From NCBI GenBank assembly GCA_039024555.1, contig JBCCQQ010000034.1:1-64000 (forward strand): a DNA stretch of 64,000 nucleotides, in the 5' to 3' direction. Shown piece after piece: positions 18,775 to 28,856 of this stretch. The position numbers and the translations under genes were made by a program. Below the pieces are notes generated by a model. It was not told the origin of the DNA. It made no database searches and saw nothing but the letters and a program-made list of their open reading frames with translations. The DNA is from Cyanobacteria bacterium P01_D01_bin.156 (GTDB lineage: Bacteria > Cyanobacteriota > Cyanobacteriia > Phormidesmidales > Phormidesmidaceae). Each line of letters opens with the position of its first letter. Within the stretch, counting starts at the first letter, position 1.

Positions 18775-20373
18775 ATGCAACCATTCGACTTGACCGCCTA
18801 TCCCTATTCTTCCTCACGCCCTGTCATGTTGGGAAAACGGGGTGCTGTAGCCACGTCTCAACCCTTGGCAGCGGCGGCGGGGGCAGAAATTTTGCAGGCA
18901 GGGGGCAATGCGGTGGATGCTGCGATCGCAATGGCCATTGCTCTCACCATTGTTGAACCCACATCCAACGGGTTAGGCTCAGACGCCTTTGCCCTAGTAT
19001 GGGATGGCAAACTCCACGGGCTCAATGCATCGGGCAAAAGCCCCCAGGCCCTGTCAACCGACATGTGGGCAAACATCGAAAATCTGCCTCTGCATGGCTG
19101 GCTATCAACCACCGTACCCGGAGCTGTTTCCGCCTGGCAAACCCTATGGCGACGCTGGGGTAAGCTGCCATTTGAGCGCCTATTTGAACCCGCCATTCGC
19201 CATGCAGAAGATGGATTTCCCGTCTCCCCAGTCACGGCCCGTAACTGGCAGCAGCAAGCCAATAACTATGCGGCATTAACAGGTGCGGCCCATCAACCTT
19301 TTCTAGCAACATTTTTTCCAGGCAATCAGGCCCCTCGCCCTGGCGACATCTGGCGCTGCCCAGACCAAGCCGCCACATTACGAGAGTTGGCCACAACAGA
19401 AGGAGAGAGTTTTTATCGGGGAAAATTGGCACAACAGCTAGTGGCTTTTTCCGAGGCAACTGGTGGTGTGTTTTCATTAGACGATTTACACCACCACCAG
19501 GCAGAGTGGGTAACCCCTATTTCAACCACCTATCGAGGACTGACGGTTTCAGAAATACCGCCCAATGGTCAAGGAATCGCGGCATTAATAGCGCTCAATA
19601 TTGTTGAAGGATTTGACCTAAAAGCTGTACCACGGGAATCGGTAGCCAATTATCATCAACAGATCGAGGCGATGAAGCTGGCCTTTGCCGATGTCCATCG
19701 GTATGTGGCCGATGCAAACACAATGGATGTGACAACAGCCGCGTTGTTGGATAAAACCTATGCGGCCCAGCGTCGTCAACTCATTAGCGATCGCGCCATC
19801 CCCCTGGCTGAACCTGGCTTACCTAAGGGGGGCACGGTGTATTTAGCAGCGGCAGACGAGGAGTTAATGGTGTCGTTTATTCAGTCAAACTTTATGGGGT
19901 TTGGCAGTGGCATTGCGATTCCGGGGACCGGCATTGCATTACAAAACCGGGGGGCGGGGTTTGTATTAGATGCGGATCATCCAAATGCGATCGCGCCTGG
20001 AAAGCGGCCATTTCATACCATTATTCCTGGCTTTCTGAGTCGAGATGGGCAACCGTTAGGTCCCTTTGGCGTAATGGGAGCATCGATGCAGCCCCAGGGG
20101 CATTTGCAGGTAGTTTCAAATTTAATAGATCGGGGGTTAAATCCACAGGCGGCCCTGGATGCACCACGCTGGCGGTTTGATCGAGGGAATCGAGTGTTTT
20201 TGGAACAGACGGTATCGCGCCATATAGCGTTGGGGTTAAGTGATTTAGGTCATGATGTGCAGGTGACTGCAGAACCCGGAACCTTTGGTAAAGGACAAAT
20301 GATTTTGCGGTTGGGCGACGTGCTGATGGCAGGCTCAGAACCCCGAGCCGATGGCGTGGCAATTGTGTTGTAG
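18775..20373 (+). CDS. Gamma-glutamyltransferase family Ntn-hydrolase (YwrD/HpxW-like subgroup)
   Basis: GGNAVDAAIA, PPNGQG, autocleavage G-TVYL, SFIQSN, GKRPFHTIIPG, GVMG..MQPQGH. Confidence 0.88.
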   Translation: MQPFDLTAYPYSSSRPVMLGKRGAVATSQPLAAAAGAEILQAGGNAVDAAIAMAIALTIVEPTSNGLGSDAFALVWDGKLHGLNASGKSPQALSTDMWANIENLPLHGWLSTTVPGAVSAWQTLWRRWGKLPFERLFEPAIRHAEDGFPVSPVTARNWQQQANNYAALTGAAHQPFLATFFPGNQAPRPGDIWRCPDQAATLRELATTEGESFYRGKLAQQLVAFSEATGGVFSLDDLHHHQAEWVTPISTTYRGLTVSEIPPNGQGIAALIALNIVEGFDLKAVPRESVANYHQQIEAMKLAFADVHRYVADANTMDVTTAALLDKTYAAQRRQLISDRAIPLAEPGLPKGGTVYLAAADEELMVSFIQSNFMGFGSGIAIPGTGIALQNRGAGFVLDADHPNAIAPGKRPFHTIIPGFLSRDGQPLGPFGVMGASMQPQGHLQVVSNLIDRGLNPQAALDAPRWRFDRGNRVFLEQTVSRHIALGLSDLGHDVQVTAEPGTFGKGQMILRLGDVLMAGSEPRADGVAIVL

Positions 20374-20775
20374 TGGTTTACAGCCTAAATTCACCAATTC
20401 ACCCAACCCATCATTGGCGCTGCTGATTGAAAGTGTGAACATCTGACAATGATGCAGCGTGTCAGTGTTGCTCATATGAACTTATGCCAAGGCGCTGCAG
20501 CACCAACTATCAATTAAACAGAGAATTACCGGATGCTAAATGTCAGCTCCAGCAAATAAGATACAGCATTGAAGCAACGTGCACACCTCCAGACAACCTA
20601 ATGAAAGTTCTGACTTCAGGGAAATTGCAGCAGCAGGATCGTCCTCAAAAGCTATCCTGGCAAGAAACGGTCACCCTAACAAAGGGCCGTAGCCGTGACC
20701 ACATAGCGCTGTATGCGCCTCCGGTTCACCATTTTTCTGAACTAGCTGTGTAGATGTCCTTAGGAGAATTCATTC

Positions 20776-22764
20776 ATGTGGGCTAAAGGACATGTATTGC
20801 AAGCTGGAAAATATCAGATTCAAACAAAACTTGGGCAACGAGGATTTGAACTGACGTACCTTGCTAGGGATCTTTATCTTAGCCAGTACGTTGTTATCAA
20901 AACACCCGACACAGAACTCAAAGCTGATCCAGAATACTCAGAATTCGTTCGTTGCTTTCAGCATAAAGGCCAAGTCCTTTCTAAAATCAGCCATCCGAGT
21001 ATGGTCAAATGCCATGAATATTTCGAAGAAGCTAGAATCCTCTGCTTAGTGGTGGCCTATGTGAATGGAGAAACCCTGAACGAACGTATCCAGAATAAAG
21101 GTCGATTGTCTCCAGAAATTGCTGTTGAGTGTTTCCAAAAATTAGGCCGTGCCCTAGATACGCTGCATCAAAATGGCTTAATTCACTGCGATATCCATCC
21201 TGACAACATTATTCTGCAACCAAATAGTGAACCCATCATTATTGATATTGGCTCAGCAAAGCTGTTGCAGCCGACTACATTGGCTGCAACAACTACAGTA
21301 AAGAATAATTTTATTCCCTATGAACAAGAAGACAAAAAGAACACTCCTCAACCTACCCTTGATATCTATGGGTTAGCTGCAACATTATATTTTGCAGTCA
21401 CTGGACAAATCCCTCAGGCATCTATGAGCCGAAAACTGTTTGGAGATAGGTTGCCATCACCCAAACAACTTTGTGGAGATATTGAAGACTGGCTCAACAT
21501 ATCTATTTTGAACGGAATGGCATTGGAAGCAGATGCTCGTCCTGCTTCAATGCAAGCTTGGATAAACTCATTACATCCGCCACAAACAACAAACCAACCT
21601 GAGTTGGCTCCATCAACATCATTCAAACAACTAGAAAATCACACCGACGATCACCTACATGCATTATCAAATCACCAGCCCCTTAAGTGGATACTTGGGG
21701 TGATTGGGCTGGGATTAGCTGCCGCCCTTGGTGTCATCGTTAAACAGTTAAACGCTCCTGTCGATACGATGACTACGGTGGCAGACAGTGGGGCTGACGT
21801 TTCGGCCACTAGCGTCAGCCACTTAAAGACTGTGCTGAACCGTGGCACCCTACACTGCGGTATTGATGGCGATATTCCTGGATTTAGCTTTGTGGATGAA
21901 AGGGGTACTTACTCAGGTCTAGATGTCGATATTTGTAAGGCTGTGGCAGCGGCTCTATTTGATGATCCCAATGAGGTTGAATATCACCATTTGAATGCTA
22001 TTGAGCGCTTTAAATCACTCCAGGATAGGGATATAGATATGCTCTCCCGTAACACCACCTGGACTACCAGTCGCGATACAGTCGTTGATATGGAGTTTGC
22101 GCCTACAACGTTCTTTGATGGTCAGGGCATGATGGTGCGAGCCGACAGCGGCATTGAAACCCTGGAAGATATGGCAGGATTATCCATCTGTGTGAAAACC
22201 GGGACCACCAATGAGTTGAACCTGATTGATCAGTTCCGTCAGCGTGGGATTGAGTTTAATCCTATCGTTTTCCAGAATGCTGATGCTGCTTATACTGCCT
22301 ACGATGAAGGCTACTGTGAAGGGTACACGACTGATAAGTCCCAGTTAATTGGTCGACGTAGTACCCTGCGTAATCCTGAGGAGCATATCTTGCTGAACGT
22401 CACCATGTCTAAAGAGCCTCTAGGCCCTTTGACCATGAACAACGATTCCGACTGGTTTGATACGGTTAAGTGGATTACCTACGGTCTGATTCAAGCGGAA
22501 GAATTTGGGCTCACCTCTGAGAACATCGAAGCTGCGATTAGCAGTAACGATCCCAAAATTCTGCGTTTTGTAGGTGCTCAAGGTGAGCTAGGCAATGCTA
22601 TGGGGTTGTCTAATGATTTTATGCTGCGGGCGATCAAACATGTGGGCAACTATGGTGAGATCTTTGATCGCAATCTTGGTAAGGACTCACCGTTTCAACT
22701 GGAGCGCGGCCAAAATGCACTTTGGACTGAAGGTGGATTAATGTATTCTCCCCCATGGAGGTAA
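20776..22764 (+). CDS. Ser/Thr kinase-like domain + TM + AapJ/BztA/NatF-type amino-acid-binding domain fusion
   Basis: Kinase: GQRGF, VVIK, HCDIHPDN, IDIG, DIYGLAATLY. TM: WILGVIGLGLAAALGVIV. Binding domain: GLDVDICKAVAAA, LSRNTTWT, SKEPLGP, VGNYGEIF, GGLMYSPP. Confidence 0.88.
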   Translation: MWAKGHVLQAGKYQIQTKLGQRGFELTYLARDLYLSQYVVIKTPDTELKADPEYSEFVRCFQHKGQVLSKISHPSMVKCHEYFEEARILCLVVAYVNGETLNERIQNKGRLSPEIAVECFQKLGRALDTLHQNGLIHCDIHPDNIILQPNSEPIIIDIGSAKLLQPTTLAATTTVKNNFIPYEQEDKKNTPQPTLDIYGLAATLYFAVTGQIPQASMSRKLFGDRLPSPKQLCGDIEDWLNISILNGMALEADARPASMQAWINSLHPPQTTNQPELAPSTSFKQLENHTDDHLHALSNHQPLKWILGVIGLGLAAALGVIVKQLNAPVDTMTTVADSGADVSATSVSHLKTVLNRGTLHCGIDGDIPGFSFVDERGTYSGLDVDICKAVAAALFDDPNEVEYHHLNAIERFKSLQDRDIDMLSRNTTWTTSRDTVVDMEFAPTTFFDGQGMMVRADSGIETLEDMAGLSICVKTGTTNELNLIDQFRQRGIEFNPIVFQNADAAYTAYDEGYCEGYTTDKSQLIGRRSTLRNPEEHILLNVTMSKEPLGPLTMNNDSDWFDTVKWITYGLIQAEEFGLTSENIEAAISSNDPKILRFVGAQGELGNAMGLSNDFMLRAIKHVGNYGEIFDRNLGKDSPFQLERGQNALWTEGGLMYSPPWR

Positions 22765-22788
22765 CTGGCTTTATTTTGTTACCCTAAT

Positions 22789-23946
22789 TTGAAGATAAAC
22801 ATGCATTTTAGTAAGATGCCTGACGCCATTCAGCGTATTCGCGGTAATGGCTTTGTAGACTATACGATTACCCAACGTCTACCCAAGATTTTGGCAACTA
22901 TTGAAAGCCAGCTAGAAGGGCAGACTGCTCAAGCCATGCTGCAAGCCATTATTGACGGCAGCTCCATTGACACCACTATTTTTGCTCGCCCTACAGCCTC
23001 TTGGGAGCAATACCTTGACCAGTTAACCAACGTAACCTGGGATGATTTATCATTCTTCGATTTAGAATTTCTCTTTTACCATGGGTTAAATTCCATCGCT
23101 GGATACTTTAAATCTAGGACAGACGTTTTTCGTCAGATTCGTCAAAACGCTTTGGCAGAAGCAGTTCCCGACCTGGCTACTAGCTTAGAACAACTCTCAG
23201 AACTAGCTGGGATGGACTTACTCAGTGCAACAATTCGATGCGCATTATTTGCCAATGAGGCGGACTACAGTCAGCTAATTACTTCACGTAGTAATGCTGA
23301 TTTATGGAATGATCGTGTGCTGCTTGACGAAAGCGATAGGTTTATCTCCTATTTAGAACAAAATTCTGATAAAGGAGACATTCACATCATCGCTGACAAT
23401 GCTGGCCATGAGCTCTGCTGGGATTTGATCATGGTGGATGCCCTGCTTCGACTATTCAATAATATCCGGGTAACTATCCATGTAAAACCATGGCCCATGT
23501 TTGTTTCTGACGCGCTCGTTGTTGATGTTAAAGAAACACTAAATCATTTTGTTGATGAGAGTCTCCCTTCCCATATTCGTACTGTGGGCCATCGATTGAA
23601 GGCTGCCATTGATTGCGATCGCTTGCTCATTCAAGCTGAAGTGGACTGGGGTGAACCCAGACACTTCAATGCATTGGATGAAAATCTTGGTAATAGCCTA
23701 AATAACTCTATCGGTGTCATTTCCAAAGGCGACCTAAACTATCGTCGATTTGTGCAGGATCGTCAATGGCCTATGGACACACCTGTTGAAGTCGCCACCT
23801 CTGGTGTGCCATTTAGGGCATTAGCATTGAGAGTGCTCAAATCTGATGCACTGGTGGGGATTGAACCATTGGTTGCCCAAAAAGCCGCTAAAAAATTTGA
23901 CGACTGGCGCACCTGCGGTCATTTTGCTGTGATGCAGCTAATGTGA
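22789..23946 (+). CDS. ARMT1/DUF89 damage-control phosphatase
   Basis: DNAGHEL..D, HVKPWPMFVSD, KGDLNYR, RVLKSD. Start may be ATG 22801 or 22816. Confidence 0.85.
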   Translation: MKINMHFSKMPDAIQRIRGNGFVDYTITQRLPKILATIESQLEGQTAQAMLQAIIDGSSIDTTIFARPTASWEQYLDQLTNVTWDDLSFFDLEFLFYHGLNSIAGYFKSRTDVFRQIRQNALAEAVPDLATSLEQLSELAGMDLLSATIRCALFANEADYSQLITSRSNADLWNDRVLLDESDRFISYLEQNSDKGDIHIIADNAGHELCWDLIMVDALLRLFNNIRVTIHVKPWPMFVSDALVVDVKETLNHFVDESLPSHIRTVGHRLKAAIDCDRLLIQAEVDWGEPRHFNALDENLGNSLNNSIGVISKGDLNYRRFVQDRQWPMDTPVEVATSGVPFRALALRVLKSDALVGIEPLVAQKAAKKFDDWRTCGHFAVMQLM

Positions 23947-24945
23947 ATGATAGCCGAGTCTCATTAACTGCTCTCCAGCAATCTCGTTGCACATGGCAAT
24001 CTCTGCCTCAGATAGATGCTGCTGCCAATCTCCTACCGAGCCAGATCTTACATACTGTCCTTCACCTTTTTGCTCAATTCGACTAATATCTCCTGCGGCC
24101 ACAATCGCCTCGACCTGTTGTTCATCAAGAGGTAAATTTGCAAACTCAAAGATCTGTTGCAAACACCGTTTGGGATCTGCTTTGAGTGATTCATAGCGAA
24201 CCCTATGGACTCGGTTTCGTAAACTAGGCCGTTCCCGCAGAATATCGCCCCATTCAATACATTGTTTCCACTGGCGAATTGCGCCAGCTGTACCGATGCT
24301 GGCCCAGCGCTCCTGCTTTGCCAGGGCATTATATGATACACAAACATCGCGACCATCACGGACGACTTCAACAATTTTTGCTTCTGGAAATCGCCATAAA
24401 ATCTGTTCTCCGTAGCGAAGATGCATCGGCGTTTTTTCTAAAATGGTTTGGCCAGGGCGACCAAACTGTTCAAAAAATCGCTCAAACATCGCTGCGATGA
24501 GTTCTTCCGCTTGGGTTAACCCACGATTGGTATCGGGAACTTCTAATCGGATCGCATTCATTAACAAATGCAGATCACCATAGTCCACTAAACCATGCAA
24601 GCCATGGCTATCGGGCCGATCTAAAATCTTGTGCTGTCGCAGAATACCGGGCCAAATATCCTCAGGTCGAAAACCAAATAACAGCGAACGTAGACCGTAG
24701 CGTCGTAAAATCCCCTTCCACGACTGGAGTCGTCGTTTCCAATTCCAGGTGGGTAATTCTATAAATGGTTCATACACTAGGCGATATACGTGGGTTTCTC
24801 TGGGCACAGCCGCCACATCAGGATGTTTCGCAATGAGTGATGTGACCCATGATGTACCAGAGCGTGGGCAACCTACCACAAATAGTTTTGGACAGGATGC
24901 TAATTGCCCCATATCGATATCGTTTTCAACAGCCTGGGTATGCAT
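23938..24945 (-). CDS. PAPS-dependent sulfotransferase
   Basis: GCPRSGTSW (5'-PSB loop), EKTP, RDGRDVCVS, RYESL, RSGSVGDW. Confidence 0.9.
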   Translation of the reverse strand: MHTQAVENDIDMGQLASCPKLFVVGCPRSGTSWVTSLIAKHPDVAAVPRETHVYRLVYEPFIELPTWNWKRRLQSWKGILRRYGLRSLLFGFRPEDIWPGILRQHKILDRPDSHGLHGLVDYGDLHLLMNAIRLEVPDTNRGLTQAEELIAAMFERFFEQFGRPGQTILEKTPMHLRYGEQILWRFPEAKIVEVVRDGRDVCVSYNALAKQERWASIGTAGAIRQWKQCIEWGDILRERPSLRNRVHRVRYESLKADPKRCLQQIFEFANLPLDEQQVEAIVAAGDISRIEQKGEGQYVRSGSVGDWQQHLSEAEIAMCNEIAGEQLMRLGYHSH

Positions 24946-25002
24946 AATCGATAAAAACTAGGGTTGGCATGATAACTTGCCCCCTATCTCTTAAGTATCT
25001 TC

Positions 25003-26193
25003 CTAAGGGGAAGACTTCTGGGCTTGAGGTGGACTTGCTTTGGATAAAAGAGACCAGGGCAACGATGTTTTTTGAGGATAAACAGCTGACAACGTACTTT
25101 TGATAGCTGGAACAGTTTCAACTGGATGAATGAGGTCTGCAAATTTTGCAGCACTTCGAGCTAGGGTGCGGTTTTTGTAATGGGCATAGGCATTACTGGC
25201 AATAGCTTGTAGGGCTGTGGGTTGAGAAATTATTGGTAGTGCTGATGTTGTTACATAGTGATGATTTGCGGCAATATCATCCTGAGTCGTTAGCCCATTT
25301 CCATTACAAATGGGCAACACCCCATGGGACGCATAGGCGGCATACACGGTAGATTTGGCTAGATTCTGTGGGAAACGACGATAGTCGAATATCCCAGCTA
25401 AAGACTCAGCCAGTAATTGACTGACTTCAGGCGCGGTTAAAAAACCGGTCTTTATAATGTCTACGTTTAGCCCCTGACCATCCCAATTTACGGGGCGACC
25501 TACGTCGTAAAGGGTGTTAATGTTTAAGACTTTGCAAATATGATTCAGGGTGTTGATATTGTTTCGATAAACACGGGTGCGATCGCTACTGCCAAACACA
25601 ATTAGAGATCGCTTACGCTGCGATAGCGGCTTCACTGTCTGTAATTCCCCGATGGTGGAATAGTTGGGAATACAGTGCACGGGTGTTTGCGTCCATCCAG
25701 ATAGCGTTTGCTGAAATGCAGCATTATTGGTGATTGCCACATCCGCCACCTGGGCTAACCCACGGGATACTCGCCGCTGCACAAAATTTGGACAGCGAAT
25801 CTGCTTGTATCTCAATGTCGGTAGCTCATGGAACATCACTAGAATCCTCACCCCCCTTTGCTTCAACGCTCTCAGTGCATTTACGAGCCACATAGGCGCA
25901 TCTAGTTTTCCCCGCAAATAGGGATAATTACTATACTGAAGCAAAATAGTTGATATGTTGCTTGGCACTTTGTCCAGAAAGCCTTGCACCGTATGGCTAT
26001 CCAAATCATGTACCGGAAACTGATCCAGTTGAGGCTGGAGTTTAGGGTTGGGCCGAAAGACTAAAAAATCTGACAAGATCTGATGTTGGTCATAGAGCTG
26101 GTGGGCCAACTGCAACGAATAATCTCCCACACCGTCCACATCGGGTGAAATGCGAGGAACAATCTGTAGAACTCGATTGGATTGGACGGTCAT
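25003..26193 (-). CDS. Glycosyltransferase (GT-B, GT4-like)
   Basis: DGVGDYS, VMFHE, IPNYSTIGE, KSTVYAAYASHG. Confidence 0.8.
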   Translation of the reverse strand: MTVQSNRVLQIVPRISPDVDGVGDYSLQLAHQLYDQHQILSDFLVFRPNPKLQPQLDQFPVHDLDSHTVQGFLDKVPSNISTILLQYSNYPYLRGKLDAPMWLVNALRALKQRGVRILVMFHELPTLRYKQIRCPNFVQRRVSRGLAQVADVAITNNAAFQQTLSGWTQTPVHCIPNYSTIGELQTVKPLSQRKRSLIVFGSSDRTRVYRNNINTLNHICKVLNINTLYDVGRPVNWDGQGLNVDIIKTGFLTAPEVSQLLAESLAGIFDYRRFPQNLAKSTVYAAYASHGVLPICNGNGLTTQDDIAANHHYVTTSALPIISQPTALQAIASNAYAHYKNRTLARSAAKFADLIHPVETVPAIKSTLSAVYPQKTSLPWSLLSKASPPQAQKSSP

Positions 26194-26252
26194 AGGTTTA
26201 TCAGGTTAGGACTAGTCGGATGTGGGATGAGGAGCATTTTTTAAATTGGAGC

Positions 26253-28820
26253 TCATGGCAGTTTGGACAGGGATGTTTTTAACTGGTCCACCAATAACGG
26301 TGTGGATTGCTGATTAAATAAATTGCCAAAGAAGCCCGGTACTGTGGCTATCTCCACACCATCCTTGGCGACTATCTGCCAGCCCAGTTCGCGGCCAAAA
26401 TACCAATCTAGGATTTGATTTTTGGCACGAAAGAGTTTTACGTTACCCGCATAGGGTCGAGGGACATAGCTGGCCGCCGCTTGTTCATTGGCTTTTTGGG
26501 CGCGGGCGTAGCGGTATTCATAGGAAACGTTAGGCTCCGATGTTTCTGCCACATCTTCACCGATAGATGACGACGACAAGTTTTCGGAGCTGGCAGAAGA
26601 ACGGGCAGGTCTAATCTTCTGCAAAATTTTCCCTGGCAGGCGGGTCATATTCTCCCATCTCCCATGGTAGTAATAGTTTTTACGGAGCCAAAATACGCCC
26701 AACTGTAAGCGGCTTTGTAGCTTCGTTAGCGGTGTCTCAGGCAGTTCACCAGGACGATAAGAGTCAATTAAAATAACACTCTCCACATCTTCACCCTCCG
26801 CCTGGAGCTGTTGAGCTATCTCAAACGCTATAGCGCCCCCTAGACAATGTCCTCCCACCAAATAGGGACCTGTGGGCTGCACCATCCGCATTTCTCTAAT
26901 GCAGTCTGTTGCTAAAGCTTCCACAGTGGTATAGGTGACTTCACTGCCGTCAAGGTCAGGCCGCTGTAGGGCATAGAAGGGCCGTTCTGTTCCTAGTAAA
27001 TGGGAAAATCTAGCCCAGGTGAGGGCATCGGCGGAACCACCATGGAAAAATAGGGGCAGCCGCTGACCACTGGTTTGGATAGGAACCAAACTAGACCATT
27101 GAGAGACTGGCTGTTCTTGGCTTAGGAGTGCGGCAAATTGGCGAATATTGGGAGCCTGAAATAATGTGGCCAATGGCAGACTGCAGTCTAACTGCCGCTG
27201 CATCTCATTAAATAGCTGTACGGCTAAAAGCGAATTACCACCTACGTCAAAGAAGCTATCTTGCACACTGAGGGGAGCCACGCCTAAAACAGCTTCCCAA
27301 ATTTGAGTTAGCTTTAGTTCCAGGGGATTGTTGGGGGCAAAAAAGCGGCCTTCTAAGCGATCGCGACTCAGATTTGATGGGTCTAGGGCATTCTCTTCTG
27401 TAGCAGATGTCATCACAGCTGGTGACGGAATAAGTTCACCTACACTTGCCTCCGTAGACTGCAGAATTGTTTCCAACACCGCTTTGAACTGACTCACCAG
27501 AGTGGATAAAATTGCGTTCGATAGCGCTTCACTCTGTAACAAAATTGTCAGCTCCTGCCCTGGCTTGACCACCACGGTTAACCCGTAGGTGCTTACCAGA
27601 CCCGATTGCACATCTTTCACCTGAAAACCATGGTCTACTGAGGTCTGTATAGGGTAGTTTTCAATAACTAACAGACTGTTAAACAACTGGCCTGATACCT
27701 CACTCCAGGACTGAATTTGGTCCGGTGAGGCATAGCCGTAGCGGCTGGCTGTGGCTTGATGGGTTTGCAAATCCTGCAGCCAGGCTAATACGGGTTGTTC
27801 ACGAGAAACGTTGACCCGCACAGGCAATACATTGATCAGCAGCCCCACAATTGATTCGATTCCAGGTAAATCTCCTTGACGACCTGAAACCGTAGCACCA
27901 AAGAGAATATCTGATTTGCCGCTGTAGCGATGCAACAACAGTGCCCAGATGCCCTGCATCAGAGTATTGAGGGTGAGGCGGTGCGATCGCAAAAATGTCT
28001 GCATCTCAGCTGTGGTCTCAGAAGAAAGCACAACAATAGGCGAGGCTTTATTATTATCAACGCCATCAGGCATACTGGGGTTTTCCAAATTCTGGGGGGG
28101 AGCAGGTTCAAAGTCCCCCAGGATTGGGGGATTTAGGGGGCCTCGATGACCGGTAGCTTCTTTCCCGAAAATGTCCTTATCAGTCAGCCTCGGCAAGGCT
28201 GTAGCTTCTAAAAATCCGGCCAGTTCCCGTCGCCAAAACTCTGCAGCAGCGGCCTCATCCTGTTGTTTGAGCCAACGTACATAGTTTTGATAGGTGGGCA
28301 CAGCTTTTGAAGAGGGCAATTGGCCTTGCTGTAGTGCACCATAGGCATCAAACACTTGATGAAAGACTAATGCCCCTGACCAGCCATCTAGCATCAGGTG
28401 ATGGCAGCTCCACACCAGCTTGTAAATATGCTCGTCTAGCTGTATCAGTGCCAAACGGGAGATGGGGGCCTGGGTTAGCTCAAACCCTGCGGCCCTATCC
28501 TCTGCTAGAAAATTTTCCAGGGCAATTTGTTGATCTGTCTGATCTCGCCAGTCCAGTTCAGTCCAGGGCATTGTCACCTGTTTAGCCACCACCTGCAGGG
28601 GTTGTTTTACCCCTTCCCAGTGAACCGAGGTTCTTAGTACAGGGTGCTGTTTTATGACCCATTGCCATGCCTGCTGGAGTAAGGCGCTATCCACATCACC
28701 TTTTAGGGTGCAGCGCATGTGGATCAGGCCATCCTCAGTAGATGTTTGCAGACTGTGCCACAAAAACGCTTGCTGCAGTAGGGCCAGGGGATAGATTGTC
28801 TCAATGTTTTTCTTATCCAT
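26253..28820 (-). CDS. NRPS C-PCP-TE protein lacking an A domain
   Basis: C domain (NIETIYPL, HHLMLDGWS; post-epimerisation DCL type), PCP FFDVGGNSL, TE-like GHCLGG. No A-domain motifs. Confidence 0.88.
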   Translation of the reverse strand: MDKKNIETIYPLALLQQAFLWHSLQTSTEDGLIHMRCTLKGDVDSALLQQAWQWVIKQHPVLRTSVHWEGVKQPLQVVAKQVTMPWTELDWRDQTDQQIALENFLAEDRAAGFELTQAPISRLALIQLDEHIYKLVWSCHHLMLDGWSGALVFHQVFDAYGALQQGQLPSSKAVPTYQNYVRWLKQQDEAAAAEFWRRELAGFLEATALPRLTDKDIFGKEATGHRGPLNPPILGDFEPAPPQNLENPSMPDGVDNNKASPIVVLSSETTAEMQTFLRSHRLTLNTLMQGIWALLLHRYSGKSDILFGATVSGRQGDLPGIESIVGLLINVLPVRVNVSREQPVLAWLQDLQTHQATASRYGYASPDQIQSWSEVSGQLFNSLLVIENYPIQTSVDHGFQVKDVQSGLVSTYGLTVVVKPGQELTILLQSEALSNAILSTLVSQFKAVLETILQSTEASVGELIPSPAVMTSATEENALDPSNLSRDRLEGRFFAPNNPLELKLTQIWEAVLGVAPLSVQDSFFDVGGNSLLAVQLFNEMQRQLDCSLPLATLFQAPNIRQFAALLSQEQPVSQWSSLVPIQTSGQRLPLFFHGGSADALTWARFSHLLGTERPFYALQRPDLDGSEVTYTTVEALATDCIREMRMVQPTGPYLVGGHCLGGAIAFEIAQQLQAEGEDVESVILIDSYRPGELPETPLTKLQSRLQLGVFWLRKNYYYHGRWENMTRLPGKILQKIRPARSSASSENLSSSSIGEDVAETSEPNVSYEYRYARAQKANEQAAASYVPRPYAGNVKLFRAKNQILDWYFGRELGWQIVAKDGVEIATVPGFFGNLFNQQSTPLLVDQLKTSLSKLP
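28085..28142. repeat. Cyanobacterial palindromic dispersed repeat inserted in frame in the NRPS C domain
   Basis: AAAGTCCCCCAGGATTGGGGGATTTAGGGGGC plus a partial inverted copy. Encodes GPLNPPILGDFEPAPPQNL. Confidence 0.7.
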
Positions 28821-28856
28821 CGTTCGATTGTTTCTAAACTCCTATCGGCCTACCCC

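Noticed and set aside
20484..20753. 89-aa ORF upstream of the kinase, possible IS remnant
   Set aside because: No recognisable motif or terminal repeat that I can support.
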